From the NCBI GenBank assembly GCA_964016885.1, contig OZ024744.1:14880001-14944000 (forward strand): 64,000 bases of DNA, given 5' to 3'. How positions within the stretch are numbered: the first letter of the stretch is position 1; each line of letters opens with the position of its first letter. The notes under the pieces are model-generated. The model was given only the letters and a program-made list of their open reading frames with translations, made no database searches and had not been told where the DNA came from. Source of the stretch: Eledone cirrhosa (taxonomy: Eukaryota). Below, piece after piece: positions 31,591-47,590 of the stretch. Position numbers and translations under genes: made by a program.

Positions 31591-32849
31591 GATTACTCCA
31601 GCAATATGTAATGTAGATTACTTCAGCAATATGTAATGTATATTACTCCAGCAATATGTAATGTATATTACTTCAGCAATATGTAATGTATATTACTCCA
31701 GCAATATGTAATGTAGATTACTCCAGCATTATGTAATGTATGTTACTTCAGCAATATGTAATGTATATTACTTCAGCAATATGTAATGTATATTACTCCA
31801 GTAATATGTAATGAAGATTACCTCAGCAATATGTAATGTATATTACTCCAGCAATATGTAATGTAGATTACACCAGCAATATGTAATGTAGATTACTTTA
31901 GCAATATGTAATGTATATTACTCCAGCAATATGTAATGTAGATTACTCCAGCAATATGTAATGTAGATTACTTCAGCAATACGTAATGTATATGACTTCA
32001 GCAATATGTAATGTAGATTACTCCAGCAATATGTAATGTAGATTACTTCCGCAATACGTAATGTATATTACTCCAGAAATATGTAATGTATATTACTCAA
32101 GCAATATGTAATGTAGATTACTCCAGCAATATGTAATGTATATTACTTCAGCAATATGTAATGTATATTACTCCAGAAATATGTAATGTATATTACTCAA
32201 GCAATATGTAATGTAGATTACTCCAGCAATATGTAATTTAGATTACTTCAGCAATATGTAATGTAGATTACTCCAGCAATATGTAATGTAGATTACTCCA
32301 GCAATATGTAATGTATATTACTCCAGCAATATGTAATGTAGATTACTCCAGCAATATGTAATGTATATTACTCCAGCAATATATAATGTAGATTACTCCA
32401 GAAAATCTGTAATGTATATTACTTCAGCAATATGTAATGTATATTACTCCAGCAATATGTAATGTAGATTACTCCAGCAATATGTAATGAATATTACTCC
32501 AGCAATATTTAATGTAGATTACTCCAGCAATATATAATGTATATTACTCCAGCAATATGTAATGAATATTACTCCAGCATTATGTAATGAATATTAGTCC
32601 AGCAATATGTAATGTAGATTACTTCAGCAATATGTAATGTAGATTACTCCAGCAATATGTAATATAGATTCCTCCAGAAATATGTAATGTATATTACTCC
32701 AGCAATATGTAATGTAGATTACTCCAGCAATATGTAATGTATATTACTAGAGCAATATGTAATGTAGAATACGTCAGCAATATGTAATGTAGATTACTCC
32801 AGCAATATGTAATGTAGATTACTCCAGCAATATGTAATGTAGATTACTC

Positions 32850-35800
32850 CAGCAATATGTAATGTATATTACTCCAGCAATATGTAATGTAGATTACTCC
32901 AGCAATATGTAATGTATATTACTCCAGCAATATGTAATGTATATTACTCCAGCAATATGTAATGTAGATTACTCCAGCAATATGTAATGTATATTCAGCA
33001 ATATGTAATGTATATTACTCCAGCAATATGTAATATAGATTACTTCAGCAATATGTAATGTATATTACTCCAGCAATATGTAATGTATATTACTTCAGCA
33101 ATATGTAATGTATATTACTCCAGCAATATGTAATGTATATTACTCCAGCAATATGTAATGTATATTACTCCAGCAATATGTAATGTTGATTACTTCAGCA
33201 ATATGTAATGTAGATTACTTCTGCAATATAAAATGTAGATTACTCCAGCAATATGTAATGTAGATTACTCCAGCAATATGTAATGTAGATTACTCCAGCA
33301 ATATGTAATGTAGATTACTCCAGTAATATGTAATGTATATTACTCCAGCAATATGTAATGTATATTACTCCAGCAATATGTAATGTAGATTACTCCAGCA
33401 ATATGTAATGTATATTACTCCAGCAATATGTAATGTATATTACTCCAGCAATATGTAATGTAGATTACTCCAGCAATATGTAATGTATATTACTCCAGCA
33501 ATATGTAATGTATATTACTCCAGCAATATGTAATGTAGATTACTCCAGAAATATGTAATGTATATTCAGCAATATGTAATGTATATTACTCCAGCAATAT
33601 GTAATATAGATTACTTCAGCAATATGTAATGTATATTACTCCAGCAATATGTAATGTATATTACTTCAGCAATATGTAATGTAGATTACTTCTGCAATAT
33701 AAAATGTAGATTACTCCAGCAATATGTAATGTAGATTACTCCAGCAATATGTAATGTAGATTACTCCAGCAATATGTAATGTAGATTACTCCAGCAATAT
33801 GTAATGTAGATTACTCCAGCAATATGTAATGTAGATTACTCCAGCAATATGTAATGTACATTACTCCAGCAATATGTAATGTAGATTACTCCAGCTATAT
33901 GTAATGTAGATTACTCCAGCAATATGTAATGTAGATTACTTCAGCAATACGTAATGTATATGACTTCAGCAATATGTAATGTAGATTACTCCAGCAATAT
34001 GTAATGTAGATTACTTCAGCAATACGTAATGTATATTACTCCAGAAATACGTAATGTATATTACTCAAGCAATATGTAATGTAGATTACTCCAGCAATAT
34101 GTAATGTAGATTACGTCAGCAATATGTAATGTAGATTACTCCAGCAATATGTAATGTATATTACTCCAGCAATATGTAATGTAGATTACTCCAGCAATAT
34201 GTAATGTAGAATCCTCCAGCAATATGTAATGTATATTACTCCAGCAATATTTAATATAGATTACTCCAGCAATATGTAATGTAGATTACTTCAGCAATAT
34301 GTAATGTAGATTACTTCAGCAATACGTAATGTATATGACTTCAGCAATATGTAATGTAGATTACTCCAGCAATATGTAATGTAGATTACTTCAGCAATAC
34401 GTAATGTATATTACTCCAGAAATATGTAATGTATATTACTCCAGCAATATGTAATGTAGATTACTCCAGCAATATGTAATGTAGATTACTTCAGCAATAT
34501 GTAATGTAGATTACTCCAGCAATATGTAATGTAGATTACTCCAGCAATATGTAATGTAGATTACTCCAGCAATATGTAATGTAGATTACTTCAGCAATAC
34601 GTAATGTATATGACTTCAGCAATATGTAATGTAGATTACTCCAGCAATATGTAATGTAGATTACTTCAGCAATACGTAATGTATATTACTCCAGAAATAT
34701 GTAATGTATATTACTCAAGCAATATGTAATGTAGATTACTCCAGCAATATGTAATGTAGATTACTTCAGCAATATGTAATGTAGATTACTCCAGCAATAT
34801 GTAATGTATATTACTCCAGCAATATGTAATGTAGATTACTCCAACAATATGTAATGTAGATTACTCCAGCAATATGTAATGTATATTACTCCAGCAATAT
34901 TTAATATAGATTACTCCAGAAATATGTAATGTAGATTACTTCAGCAATATGTAATGTATATTACACCAGCAATATGTAATGTAGATTACTCCAGCAATAT
35001 GTAATGTATATTACTCCAGCAATATGTAATGTAGATTACTCCAGAAAATATGTAATGTATATTACTTCAGCAATATGTAATGTATATTACTCCAGCAATA
35101 TGTAATGTAGAATACTTCAGCAATATATAATGTAGATTACTCCAGCAATATGTAATATAGATTCCTCCAGAAATATGTAATGTATATTACTCCAGCAATA
35201 TGTAATGTTGATTACTTCAGCAATATGTAATGTAGATTACTCTAGCAATATGTAATGTAGATTACTTCTGCAATATAAAATGTAGATTACTCCAGCAATA
35301 TGTAATGTAGATTACTCCAGCAATATGTAATGTAGTTTACTCCAGCAATATGTAATGTAGATTACTCCAGCAATATGTAATGTATGAATACTCCAGCAAT
35401 ATGTAATGTAGATTACTTCCGCAATATGTAATGTAGATTACTTCAGCAATATGGAATGTAGATTACTTCAGCAATATGTAATGTAGATTACTTCAGCAAT
35501 ATATAATGTAGATTACTTCAGCAATATGTAATTTAGATTACTTCAGCAATATGTAATGTAGATTACTCCAGCAATATGTAATGTAGATTACTCCAGCAAT
35601 ATGTAATGTAGATTACTCCAGCAATATGTAATGTAGATTACTCCAACAATATGTAATGTATATTACTCCAGCAATATTTAATATATATTACTTCAGCAAT
35701 ATGTAATTTAGATTACTTCAGCAATATGTAATGTATATTACTCCAGCAATATTTAATGTAGATTACTCCAGCAATATGTAATGTAGATTACTTCAGCAAT

Positions 35801-37480
35801 ATGTAATGTAGAATACGTCAGCAATATGTAATGTAGATTACTCCAGCAATATGTAATGTAGATTACTCCAGCAATATGTAATGTAGATTACTGCAGCAAT
35901 ATGTAATGTATATTACTCCAGCAATATGTAATGTAGATTACTCCAGCAATATGTAATGTATATTACTCCAGCAATATGTAATGTATATTACTCCAGCAAT
36001 ATGTAATGTAGATTACTCCAGCAATATGTAATGTAGATTACTTCAGCAATATGTAATGTAGATTACTCCAGCAATATGTAATGTAGATTACTCCAGCAAT
36101 ATGTAATGTAGATTACTCCAGCAATATGTAATGTAGATTACTTCAGCAATACGTAATGTATATGACTTCAGCAATATGTAATGTATATTACTCAAGCAAT
36201 ATGTAATGTAGATTACTCCAGCAATATGTAATGTAGATTACTTCAGCAATATGTAATGTAGATTACTCCAGCAATATGTAATGTATATTACTCCAGCAAT
36301 ATGTAATGTAGATTACTCCAACAATATGTAATGTAGATTACTCCAGCAATATGTAATGTATATTACTCCAGCAATATTTAATATAGATTACTCCAGAAAT
36401 ATGTAATGTAGATTACTTCAGCAATATGTAATGTATATTACTCCAGCAATATGTAATGTAGATTACTCCAGCAATATGTAATGTATATTACTCCAGCAAT
36501 ATGTAATGTAGATTACTCCAGCAATATGTAATGTATATTCAGCAATATGTAATGTATATTACTCCAGCAATATGTAATATAGATTACTTCAGCAATATGT
36601 AATGTATATTACTCCAGCAATATGTAATGTATATTACTTCAGCAAGATGTAATGTATATTACTCCAGCAATATGTAATGTATATTACTCCAGCAATATGT
36701 AATGTATATTACTCCAGCAATATGTAATGTTGATTACTTCAGCAATATGTAATGTAGATTACTTCTGCAATATAAAATGTAGATTACTCCAGCAATATGT
36801 AATGTAGATTACTCCAGCAATATGTAATGTAGATTACTCCAGCAATATGTAATGTAGATTACTCCAGTAATATGTAATGTATATTACTCCAGCAATATGT
36901 AATGTATATTACTCCAGCAATATGTAATGTAGATTACTCCAGCAATATGTAATGTATATTACTCCAGCAATATGTAATGTATATTACTCCAGCAATATGT
37001 AATGTAGATTACTCCAGCAATATGTAATGTATATTACTCCAGCAATATGTAATGTATATTACTCCAGCAATATGTAATGTAGATTACTCCAGAAATATGT
37101 AATGTATATTCAGCAATATGTAATGTATATTACTCCAGCAATATGTAATATAGATTACTTCAGCAATATGTAATGTATATTACTCCAGCAATATGTAATG
37201 TATATTACTTCAGCAATATGTAATGTAGATTACTTCTGCAATATAAAATGTAGATTACTCCAGCAATATGTAATGTAGATTACTCCAGCAATATGTAATG
37301 TAGATTACTCCAGCAATATGTAATGTAGATTACTCCAGCAATATGTAATGTAGATTACTCCAGCAATATGTAATGTTGATTACTCCAGCAATATGTAATG
37401 TACATTACTCCAGCAATATGTAATGTAGATTACTCCAGCTATATGTAATGTAGATTACTCCAGCAATATGTAATGTAGAT
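32850..37480. repeat. About 1.1-kb block duplicated at offset 3,544 (about 32.85-33.93 kb vs about 36.4-37.48 kb)
   Basis: Deletion monomers at 32990/36534 and 33561/37105, and the gtacattac variant at 33856/37400, all at offset 3544. Confidence 0.85.
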
Positions 37481-38329
37481 TACTCCAGCAATATGTAATG
37501 TATATTACTCCAGCAATATGAAATGTAGATTACTCCACCAATATGTAATGTAGATTACTCCAGCAATATGTAATGTATATTACTCCAGCAATATGTAATG
37601 TAGATTACTCCAGCAATATGTAATGTAGATTACTCCAACAATATGTAATGTAGATTACTCCAGCAATATGTAATGTATATTACTCCAGCAATATTTAATA
37701 TAGATTACTCCAGCAATATGTAATGTAGATTACTTCAGCAATATGTAATGTATATTACACCAGCAATATGTAATGTAGATTACTCCAGCAATATGTAATG
37801 TAGATTACTCCAGCAATATGTAATGTAGATTACTTCAGCAATACGTAATGTATATGACTTCAGCAATATGTAATGTAGATTACTCCAGCAATATGTAATG
37901 TAGATTACTTCAGCAATACGTAATGTATATTACTCCAGAAATACGTAATGTATATTACTCAAGCAATATGTAATGTAGATTACTCCAGCAATATGTAATG
38001 TAGATTACGTCAGCAATATGTAATGTAGATTACTCCAGCAATATTTAATGTATATTACTCCAGCAATATGTAATGTAGATTACTCCAGCAATATGTAATG
38101 TAGAATCCTCCAACAATATGTAATGTAGATTACTCCAGCAATATGTAATGTATATTACTCCAGCAATATTTAATATAGATTACTCCAGCAATATGTAATG
38201 TAGATTACTTCAGCAATATGTAATGTAGATTACTTCAGCAATACGTAATGTATATGACTTCAGCAATATGTAATGTAGATTACTCCAGCAATATGTAATG
38301 TAGATTACTTCAGCAATACGTAATGTATA

Positions 38330-41300
38330 TTACTTCAGAAATATGTAATGTATATTACTCAAGCAATATGTAATGTAGATTACTCTAGCAATATGTAATG
38401 TAGATTACTTCAGCAATATGTAATGTAGATTACTCCAGCAATATGTAATGTATATTACTCCAGCATTATGTAATGTATGTTACTTCAGCAATATGTAATG
38501 TATATTACTTCAGCAATATGTAATGTTTATTACTCCAGTAATATGTAATGAAGATTACCTCAGCAATATGTAATGTATATTACTCCAGCAATATGTAATG
38601 TAGATTACATCAGCAATATGTAATGTAGATTACTTCAGCAATATGTAATGTATATTACTCCAGCAATATATAATGTAGATTACTCCAGCAATATGTAATG
38701 TAGATTACTTCAGCAATACGTAATGTGTATGACTTCAGCAATATGTAATGTATATTACTCCAGTAATATGTAATGAAGATTACCTCAGCAATATGTAATG
38801 TATATTACTCCAGCAATATGTAATGTAGATTACATCAGCAATATGTAATGTAGATTACTTCAGCAATATGTAATGTATATTACTCCAGCAATATGTAATG
38901 TAGATTACTCCAGCAATATGTAATGTAGATTACTCCAGCAATACGTAATGTATATGACTTCAGCAATATGTAATGTAGATTACTCCAGCAATATGTAATG
39001 TAGATTACTTCAGCAATACGTAATGTATATTACTCCAGAAATATGTAATGTATATTACTCAAGCAATATGTAATGTAGATTACTCCAGCAATATGTAATG
39101 TAGATTACTTCAGCAATATGTAATGTAGATTACTCCAGCAATATGTAATGTAGATTACTCCAGCAATATGTAATGTAGATTACTCCAGCAATATGTAATG
39201 TAGATTACTTCAGCAATACGTAATGTATATGACTTCAGCAATATGTAATGTAGATTACTCCAGCAATATGTAATGTAGATTACTTCAGCAATACGTAATG
39301 TATATTACTCCAGAAATATGTAATGTATATTACTCAAGCAATATGTAATGTAGATTACTCCAGCAATATGTAATGTAGATTACTTCAGCAATATGTAATG
39401 TAGATTACTCCAGCAATATGTAATGTATATTACTCCAGCAATATGTAATGTAGATTACTCCAGCAATATGTAATGTAGATTACTCCAACAATATGTAATG
39501 TAGATTACTCCAGCAATATGTAATGTATATTACTCCAGCAATATTTAATATAGATTACTCCAGCAATATGTAATGTAGATTACTTCAGCAATATGTAATG
39601 TAGATTACTTCAGCAATATGTAATGTAGATTATTCCAGCAATATGTAATGTAGATTACTTCCGCAATATGTAATGTAGATTACTTCAGCAATATGTAATG
39701 TAGATTACTTCAGCAATATGTAATGTAGATTACTTTAGCAATATATAATGTAGATTACTCCAGCAATATGTAATTTAGATTACTTCAGCAATATGTAATG
39801 TAGATTACTCTAGCAATATGTAATGTAGATTACTCCAGCAATATGTAATGTAGATTACTCCAGCAATATGTAATGTAGATTACTCCAACAATATGTAATG
39901 TATATTACTCCAGCAATATTTAATATATATTACTTCAGCAATATGTAATGTATATTACTCCAGCAATATGTAATGTAGATTACACCAGCAATATGTAATG
40001 TATATTACTCCAGCAATATTTAATGTAGATTACTCCAGCAATATGTAATGTAGATTACTTCAGCAATATGTAATGTAGAATACGTCAGCAATATGTAATG
40101 TAGATTACTCCAGCAATATGTAATGTAGATTACTCCAGCAATATGTAATGTAGATTACTCCAGCAATATGTAATGTATATTACTCCAGCAATATGTAATG
40201 TAGATTACTCCAGCAATATGTAATGTATGTTACTCCAGCAATATGTAATGTATATTACTCCAGCAATATGTAATGTAGATTACTCCAGCAATATGTAATG
40301 TATATTCAGCAATATGTAATGTATATTACTCCAGCAATATGTAATATAGATTACTTCAGCAATATGTAATGTATATTACTCCAGCAATATGTAATGTAGA
40401 TTACTCCAGCAATATGTAATGTAGATTACTTCAACAATACGTAATGTATATGACTTCAGCAATATGTAATGTATATTACTCCAGTAATATGTAATGAAGA
40501 TTACCTCAGCAATATGTAATGTATATTACTCCAGCAATATGTAATGTAGATTACATCAGCAATATGTAATGTAGATTACTTCAGCAATATGTAATGTATA
40601 TTACTCCAGCAATATGTAATGTAGATTACTCCAGCAATATGTAATGTAGATTACTCCAGCAATACGTAATGTATATGACTTCAGCAATATGTAATGTAGA
40701 TTACTCCAGCAATATGTAATGTAGATTACTTCAGCAATACGTAATGTATATTACTCCAGAAATATGTAATGTATATTACTCAAGCAATATGTAATGTAGA
40801 TTACTCCAGCAATATGTAATGTAGATTACTTCAGCAATATGTAATGTAGATTACTCCAGCAATATGTAATATAGATTACTTCAGCAATATGTAATGTATA
40901 TTACTCCAGCAATATGTAATGTATATTACTTCAGCAATATGTAATGTATATTACTCCAGCAATATGTAATGTATATTACTCCAGCAATATGTAATGTATA
41001 TTACTCCAGCAATATGTAATGTTGATTACTTCCGCAATATGTAATGTAGATTACTTCTGCAATATAAAATGTAGATTACTCCAGCAATATGTAATGTAGA
41101 TTACTCCAGCAATATGTAATGTAGATTACTCCAGCAATATGTAATGTAGATTACTCCAGTAATATGTAATGTATATTACTCCAGCAATATGTAATGTATA
41201 TTACTCCAGCAATATGTAATGTAGATTACTCCAGCAATATGTAATGTATATTACTCCAGCAATATGTAATGTATATTACTCCAGCAATATGTAATGTAGA

Positions 41301-44300
41301 TTACTCCAGCAATATGTAATGTATATTCAGCAATATGTAATGTATATTACTCCAGCAATATGTAATATAGATTACTTCAGCAATATGTAATGTATATTAC
41401 TCCAGCAATATGTAATGTATATTACTTCAGCAATATGTAATGTATATTACTCCAGCAATATGTAATGTATATTACTACAGCAATATGTAATGTATATTAC
41501 TTCAGAAATATGTAATGTATATTACTCAAGCAATATGTAATGTAGATTACTCTAGCAATATGTAATGTAGATTACTTCAGCAATATGTAATGTAGATTAC
41601 TCCAGCAATATGTAATGTATATTACTCCAGCATTATGTAATGTATGTTACTTCAGCAATATGTAATGTATATTACTTCAGCAATATGTAATGTATATTAC
41701 TCCAGTAATATGTAATGAAGATTACCTCAGCAATATGTAATGTATATTACTCCAGCAATATGTAATGTAGATTACATCAGCAATATGTAATGTAGATTAC
41801 TTCAGCAATATGTAATGTATATTACTCCAGCAATATATAATGTAGATTACTCCAGCAATATGTAATGTAGATTACTTCAGCAATACGTAATGTATATGAG
41901 TTCAGCAATATGTAATGTATATTACTCCAGTAATATGTAATGAAGATTACCTCAGCAATATGTAATGTATATTACTCCAGCAATATGTAATGTAGATTAC
42001 ATCAGCAATATGTAATGTAGATTACTTCAGCAATATGTAATGTATATTACTCCAGCAATATGTAATGTAGATTACTCCAGCAATATGTAATGTAGATTAC
42101 TCCAGCAATACGTAATGTATATGACTTCAGCAATATGTAATGTAGATTACTCCAGCAATATGTAATGTAGATTACTTCAGCAATACGTAATGTATATTAC
42201 TCCAGAAATATGTAATGTATATTACTCAAGCAATATGTAATGTAGATTACTCCAGCAATATGTAATGTAGATTACTTCAGCAATATGTAATGTAGATTAC
42301 TCCAGCAATATGTAATGTAGATTACTCCAGCAATATGTAATGTAGATTACTCCAGCAATATGTAATGTAGATTACTTCAGCAATACGTAATGTATATGAC
42401 TTCAGCAATATGTAATGTAGATTACTCCAGCAATATGTAATGTAGATTACTTCAGCAATACGTAATGTATATTACTCCAGAAATATGTAATGTATATTAC
42501 TCAAGCAATATGTAATGTAGATTACTCCAGCAATATGTAATGTAGATTACTTCAGCAATATGTAATGTAGATTACTCCAGCAATATGTAATGTATATTAC
42601 TCCAGCAATATGTAATGTAGATTACTCCAGCAATATGTAATGTAGATTACTCCAACAATATGTAATGTAGATTACTCCAGCAATATGTAATGTATATTAC
42701 TCCAGCAATATTTAATATAGATTACTCCAGCAATATGTAATGTAGATTACTTCAGCAATATGTAATGTAGATTACTTCAGCAATATGTAATGTAGATTAT
42801 TCCAGCAATATGTAATGTAGATTACTTCCGCAATATGTAATGTAGATTACTTCAGCAATATGTAATGTAGATTACTTCAGCAATATGTAATGTAGATTAC
42901 TTTAGCAATATATAATGTAGATTACTCCAGCAATATGTAATTTAGATTACTTCAGCAATATGTAATGTAGATTACTCTAGCAATATGTAATGTAGATTAC
43001 TCCAGCAATATGTAATGTAGATTACTCCAGCAATATGTAATGTAGATTACTCCAACAATATGTAATGTATATTACTCCAGCAATATTTAATATATATTAC
43101 TTCAGCAATATGTAATGTATATTACTCCAGCAATATGTAATGTAGATTACTCCAGCAATATGTAATGTATATTACTCCAGCAATATTTAATGTAGATTAC
43201 TCCAGCAATATGTAATGTAGATTACTTCAGCAATATGTAATGTAGAATACGTCAGCAATATGTAATGTAGATTACTCCAGCAATATGTAATGTAGATTAC
43301 TCCAGCAATATGTAATGTAGATTACTCCAGCAATATGTAATGTATATTACTCCAGCAATATGTAATGTAGATTACTCCAGCAATATGTAATGTATGTTAC
43401 TCCAGCAATATGTAATGTATATTACTCCAGCAATATGTAATGTAGATTACTCCAGCAATATGTAATGTATATTCAGCAATATGTAATGTATATTACTCCA
43501 GCAATATGTAATATAGATTACTTCAGCAATATGTAATGTATATTACTCCAGCAATATGTAATGTAGATTACTCCAGCAATATGTAATGTAGATTACTTCA
43601 GCAATACGTAATGTATATGACTTCAGCAATATGTAATGTATATTACTCCAGTAATATGTAATGAAGATTACCTCAGCAATATGTAATGTATATTACTCCA
43701 GCAATATGTAATGTAGATTACATCAGCAATATGTAATGTAGATTACTTCAGCAATATGTAATGTATATTACTCCAGCAATATGTAATGTAGATTACTCCA
43801 GCAATATGTAATGTAGATTACTCCAGCAATACGTAATGTATATGACTTCAGCAATATGTAATGTAGATTACTCCAGCAATATGTAATGTAGATTACTTCA
43901 GCAATACGTAATGTATATTACTCCAGAAATATGTAATGTATATTACTCAAGCAATATGTAATGTAGATTACTCCAGCAATATGTAATGTAGATTACTTCA
44001 GCAATATGTAATGTAGATTACTCCAGCAATATGTAATATAGATTACTTCAGCAATATGTAATGTATATTACTCCAGCAATATGTAATGTATATTACTTCA
44101 GCAATATGTAATGTATATTACTCCAGCAATATGTAATGTATATTACTCCAGCAATATGTAATGTATATTACTCCAGCAATATGTAATGTTGATTACTTCC
44201 GCAATATGTAATGTAGATTACTTCTGCAATATAAAATGTAGATTACTCCAGCAATATGTAATGTAGATTACTCCAGCAATATGTAATGTAGATTACTCCA

Positions 44301-47300
44301 GCAATATGTAATGTAGATTACTCCAGTAATATGTAATGTATATTACTCCAGCAATATGTAATGTATATTACTCCAGCAATATGTAATGTAGATTACTCCA
44401 GCAATATGTAATGTATATTACTCCAGCAATATGTAATGTATATTACTCCAGCAATATGTAATGTAGATTACTCCAGCAATATGTAATGTATATTCAGCAA
44501 TATGTAATGTATATTACTCCAGCAATATGTAATATAGATTACTTCAGCAATATGTAATGTATATTACTCCAGCAATATGTAATGTATATTACTTCAGCAA
44601 TATGTAATGTATATTACTCCAGCAATATGTAATGTATATTACTACAGCAATATGTAATGTATATTACTTCAGAAATATGTAATGTATATTACTCAAGCAA
44701 TATGTAATGTAGATTACTCTAGCAATATGTAATGTAGATTACTTCAGCAATATGTAATGTAGATTACTCCAGCAATATGTAATGTATATTACTCCAGCAT
44801 TATGTAATGTATGTTACTTCAGCAATATGTAATGTATATTACTTCAGCAATATGTAATGTATATTACTCCAGTAATATGTAATGAAGATTACCTCAGCAA
44901 TATGTAATGTATATTACTCCAGCAATATGTAATGTAGATTACATCAGCAATATGTAATGTAGATTACTTCAGCAATATGTAATGTATATTACTCCAGCAA
45001 TATGTAATGTAGATTACTCCAGCAATATGTAATGTAGATTACTCCAGCAATACGTAATGTATATGACTTCAGCAATATGTAATGTAGATTACTCCAGCAA
45101 TATGTAATGTAGATTACTTCAGCAATACGTAATGTATATTACTCCAGAAATATGTAATGTATATTACTCAAGCAATATGTAATGTAGATTACTCCAGCAA
45201 TATGTAATGTAGATTACTTCAGCAATATGTAATGTAGATTACTCCAGCAATATGTAATGTAGATTACTCCAGCAATATGTAATGTAGATTACTCCAGCAA
45301 TATGTAATGTAGATTACTTCAGCAATACGTAATGTATATGACTTCAGCAATATGTAATGTAGATTACTCCAGCAATATGTAATGTAGATTACTTCAGCAA
45401 TACGTAATGTATATTACTCCAGAAATATGTAATGTATATTACTCAAGCAATATGTAATGTAGATTACTCCAGCAATATGTAATGTAGATTACTTCAGCAA
45501 TATGTAATGTAGATTACTCCAGCAATATGTAATGTATATTACTCCAGCAATATGTAATGTAGATTACTCCAGCAATATGTAATGTAGATTACTCCAACAA
45601 TATGTAATGTAGATTACTCCAGCAATATGTAATGTATATTACTCCAGCAATATTTAATATAGATTACTCCAGCAATATGTAATGTAGATTACTTCAGCAA
45701 TATGTAATGTAGATTACTTCAGCAATATGTAATGTAGATTATTCCAGCAATATGTAATGTAGATTACTTCCGCAATATGTAATGTAGATTACTTCAGCAA
45801 TATGTAATGTAGATTACTTCAGCAATATGTAATGTAGATTACTTTAGCAATATATAATGTAGATTACTCCAGCAATATGTAATTTAGATTACTTCAGCAA
45901 TATGTAATGTAGATTACTCTAGCAATATGTAATGTAGATTACTCCAGCAATATGTAATGTAGATTACTCCAGCAATATGTAATGTAGATTACTCCAACAA
46001 TATGTAATGTATATTACTCCAGCAATATTTAATATATATTACTTCAGCAATATGTAATGTATATTACTCCAGCAATATGTAATGTAGATTACTCCAGCAA
46101 TATGTAATGTATATTACTCCAGCAATATTTAATGTAGATTACTCCAGCAATATGTAATGTAGATTACTTCAGCAATATGTAATGTAGAATACGTCAGCAA
46201 TATGTAATGTAGATTACTCCAGCAATATGTAATGTAGATTACTCCAGCAATATGTAATGTAGATTACTCCAGCAATATGTAATGTATATTACTCCAGCAA
46301 TATGTAATGTAGATTACTCCAGCAATATGTAATGTATGTTACTCCAGCAATATGTAATGTATATTACTCCAGCAATATGTAATGTAGATTACTCCAGCAA
46401 TATGTAATGTATATTCAGCAATATGTAATGTATATTACTCCAGCAATATGTAATATAGATTACTTCAGCAATATGTAATGTATATTACTCCAGCAATATG
46501 TAATGTAGATTACTCCAGCAATATGTAATGTAGATTACTTCAGCAATACGTAATGTATATGACTTCAGCAATATGTAATGTATATTACTCCAGTAATATG
46601 TAATGAAGATTACCTCAGCAATATGTAATGTATATTACTCCAGCAATATGTAATGTAGATTACATCAGCAATATGTAATGTAGATTACTTCAGCAATATG
46701 TAATGTATATTACTCCAGCAATATGTAATGTAGATTACTCCAGCAATATGTAATGTAGATTACTCCAGCAATACGTAATGTATATGACTTCAGCAATATG
46801 TAATGTAGATTACTCCAGCAATATGTAATGTAGATTACTTCAGCAATACGTAATGTATATTACTCCAGAAATATGTAATGTATATTACTCAAGCAATATG
46901 TAATGTAGATTACTCCAGCAATATGTAATGTAGATTACTTCAGCAATATGTAATGTAGATTACTCCAGCAATATGTAATATAGATTACTTCAGCAATATG
47001 TAATGTATATTACTCCAGCAATATGTAATGTATATTACTTCAGCAATATGTAATGTATATTACTCCAGCAATATGTAATGTATATTACTCCAGCAATATG
47101 TAATGTATATTACTCCAGCAATATGTAATGTTGATTACTTCCGCAATATGTAATGTAGATTACTTCTGCAATATAAAATGTAGATTACTCCAGCAATATG
47201 TAATGTAGATTACTCCAGCAATATGTAATGTAGATTACTCCAGCAATATGTAATGTAGATTACTCCAGTAATATGTAATGTATATTACTCCAGCAATATG

Positions 47301-47590
47301 TAATGTATATTACTCCAGCAATATGTAATGTAGATTACTCCAGCAATATGTAATGTATATTACTCCAGCAATATGTAATGTATATTACTCCAGCAATATG
47401 TAATGTAGATTACTCCAGCAATATGTAATGTATATTCAGCAATATGTAATGTATATTACTCCAGCAATATGTAATATAGATTACTTCAGCAATATGTAAT
47501 GTATATTACTCCAGCAATATGTAATGTATATTACTTCAGCAATATGTAATGTATATTACTCCAGCAATATGTAATGTATATTACTCCAGC
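38330..47590. repeat. Three tandem copies of a unit of about 3 kb (offsets 3,167 and 2,942 bp)
   Basis: The tattccagc marker (followed by ttccgc and tttagc variants) occurs at 39631, 42798 and 45740. The deletion monomer occurs at 40301, 43468 and 46410, and actacag at 41474/44641. Confidence 0.9.
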
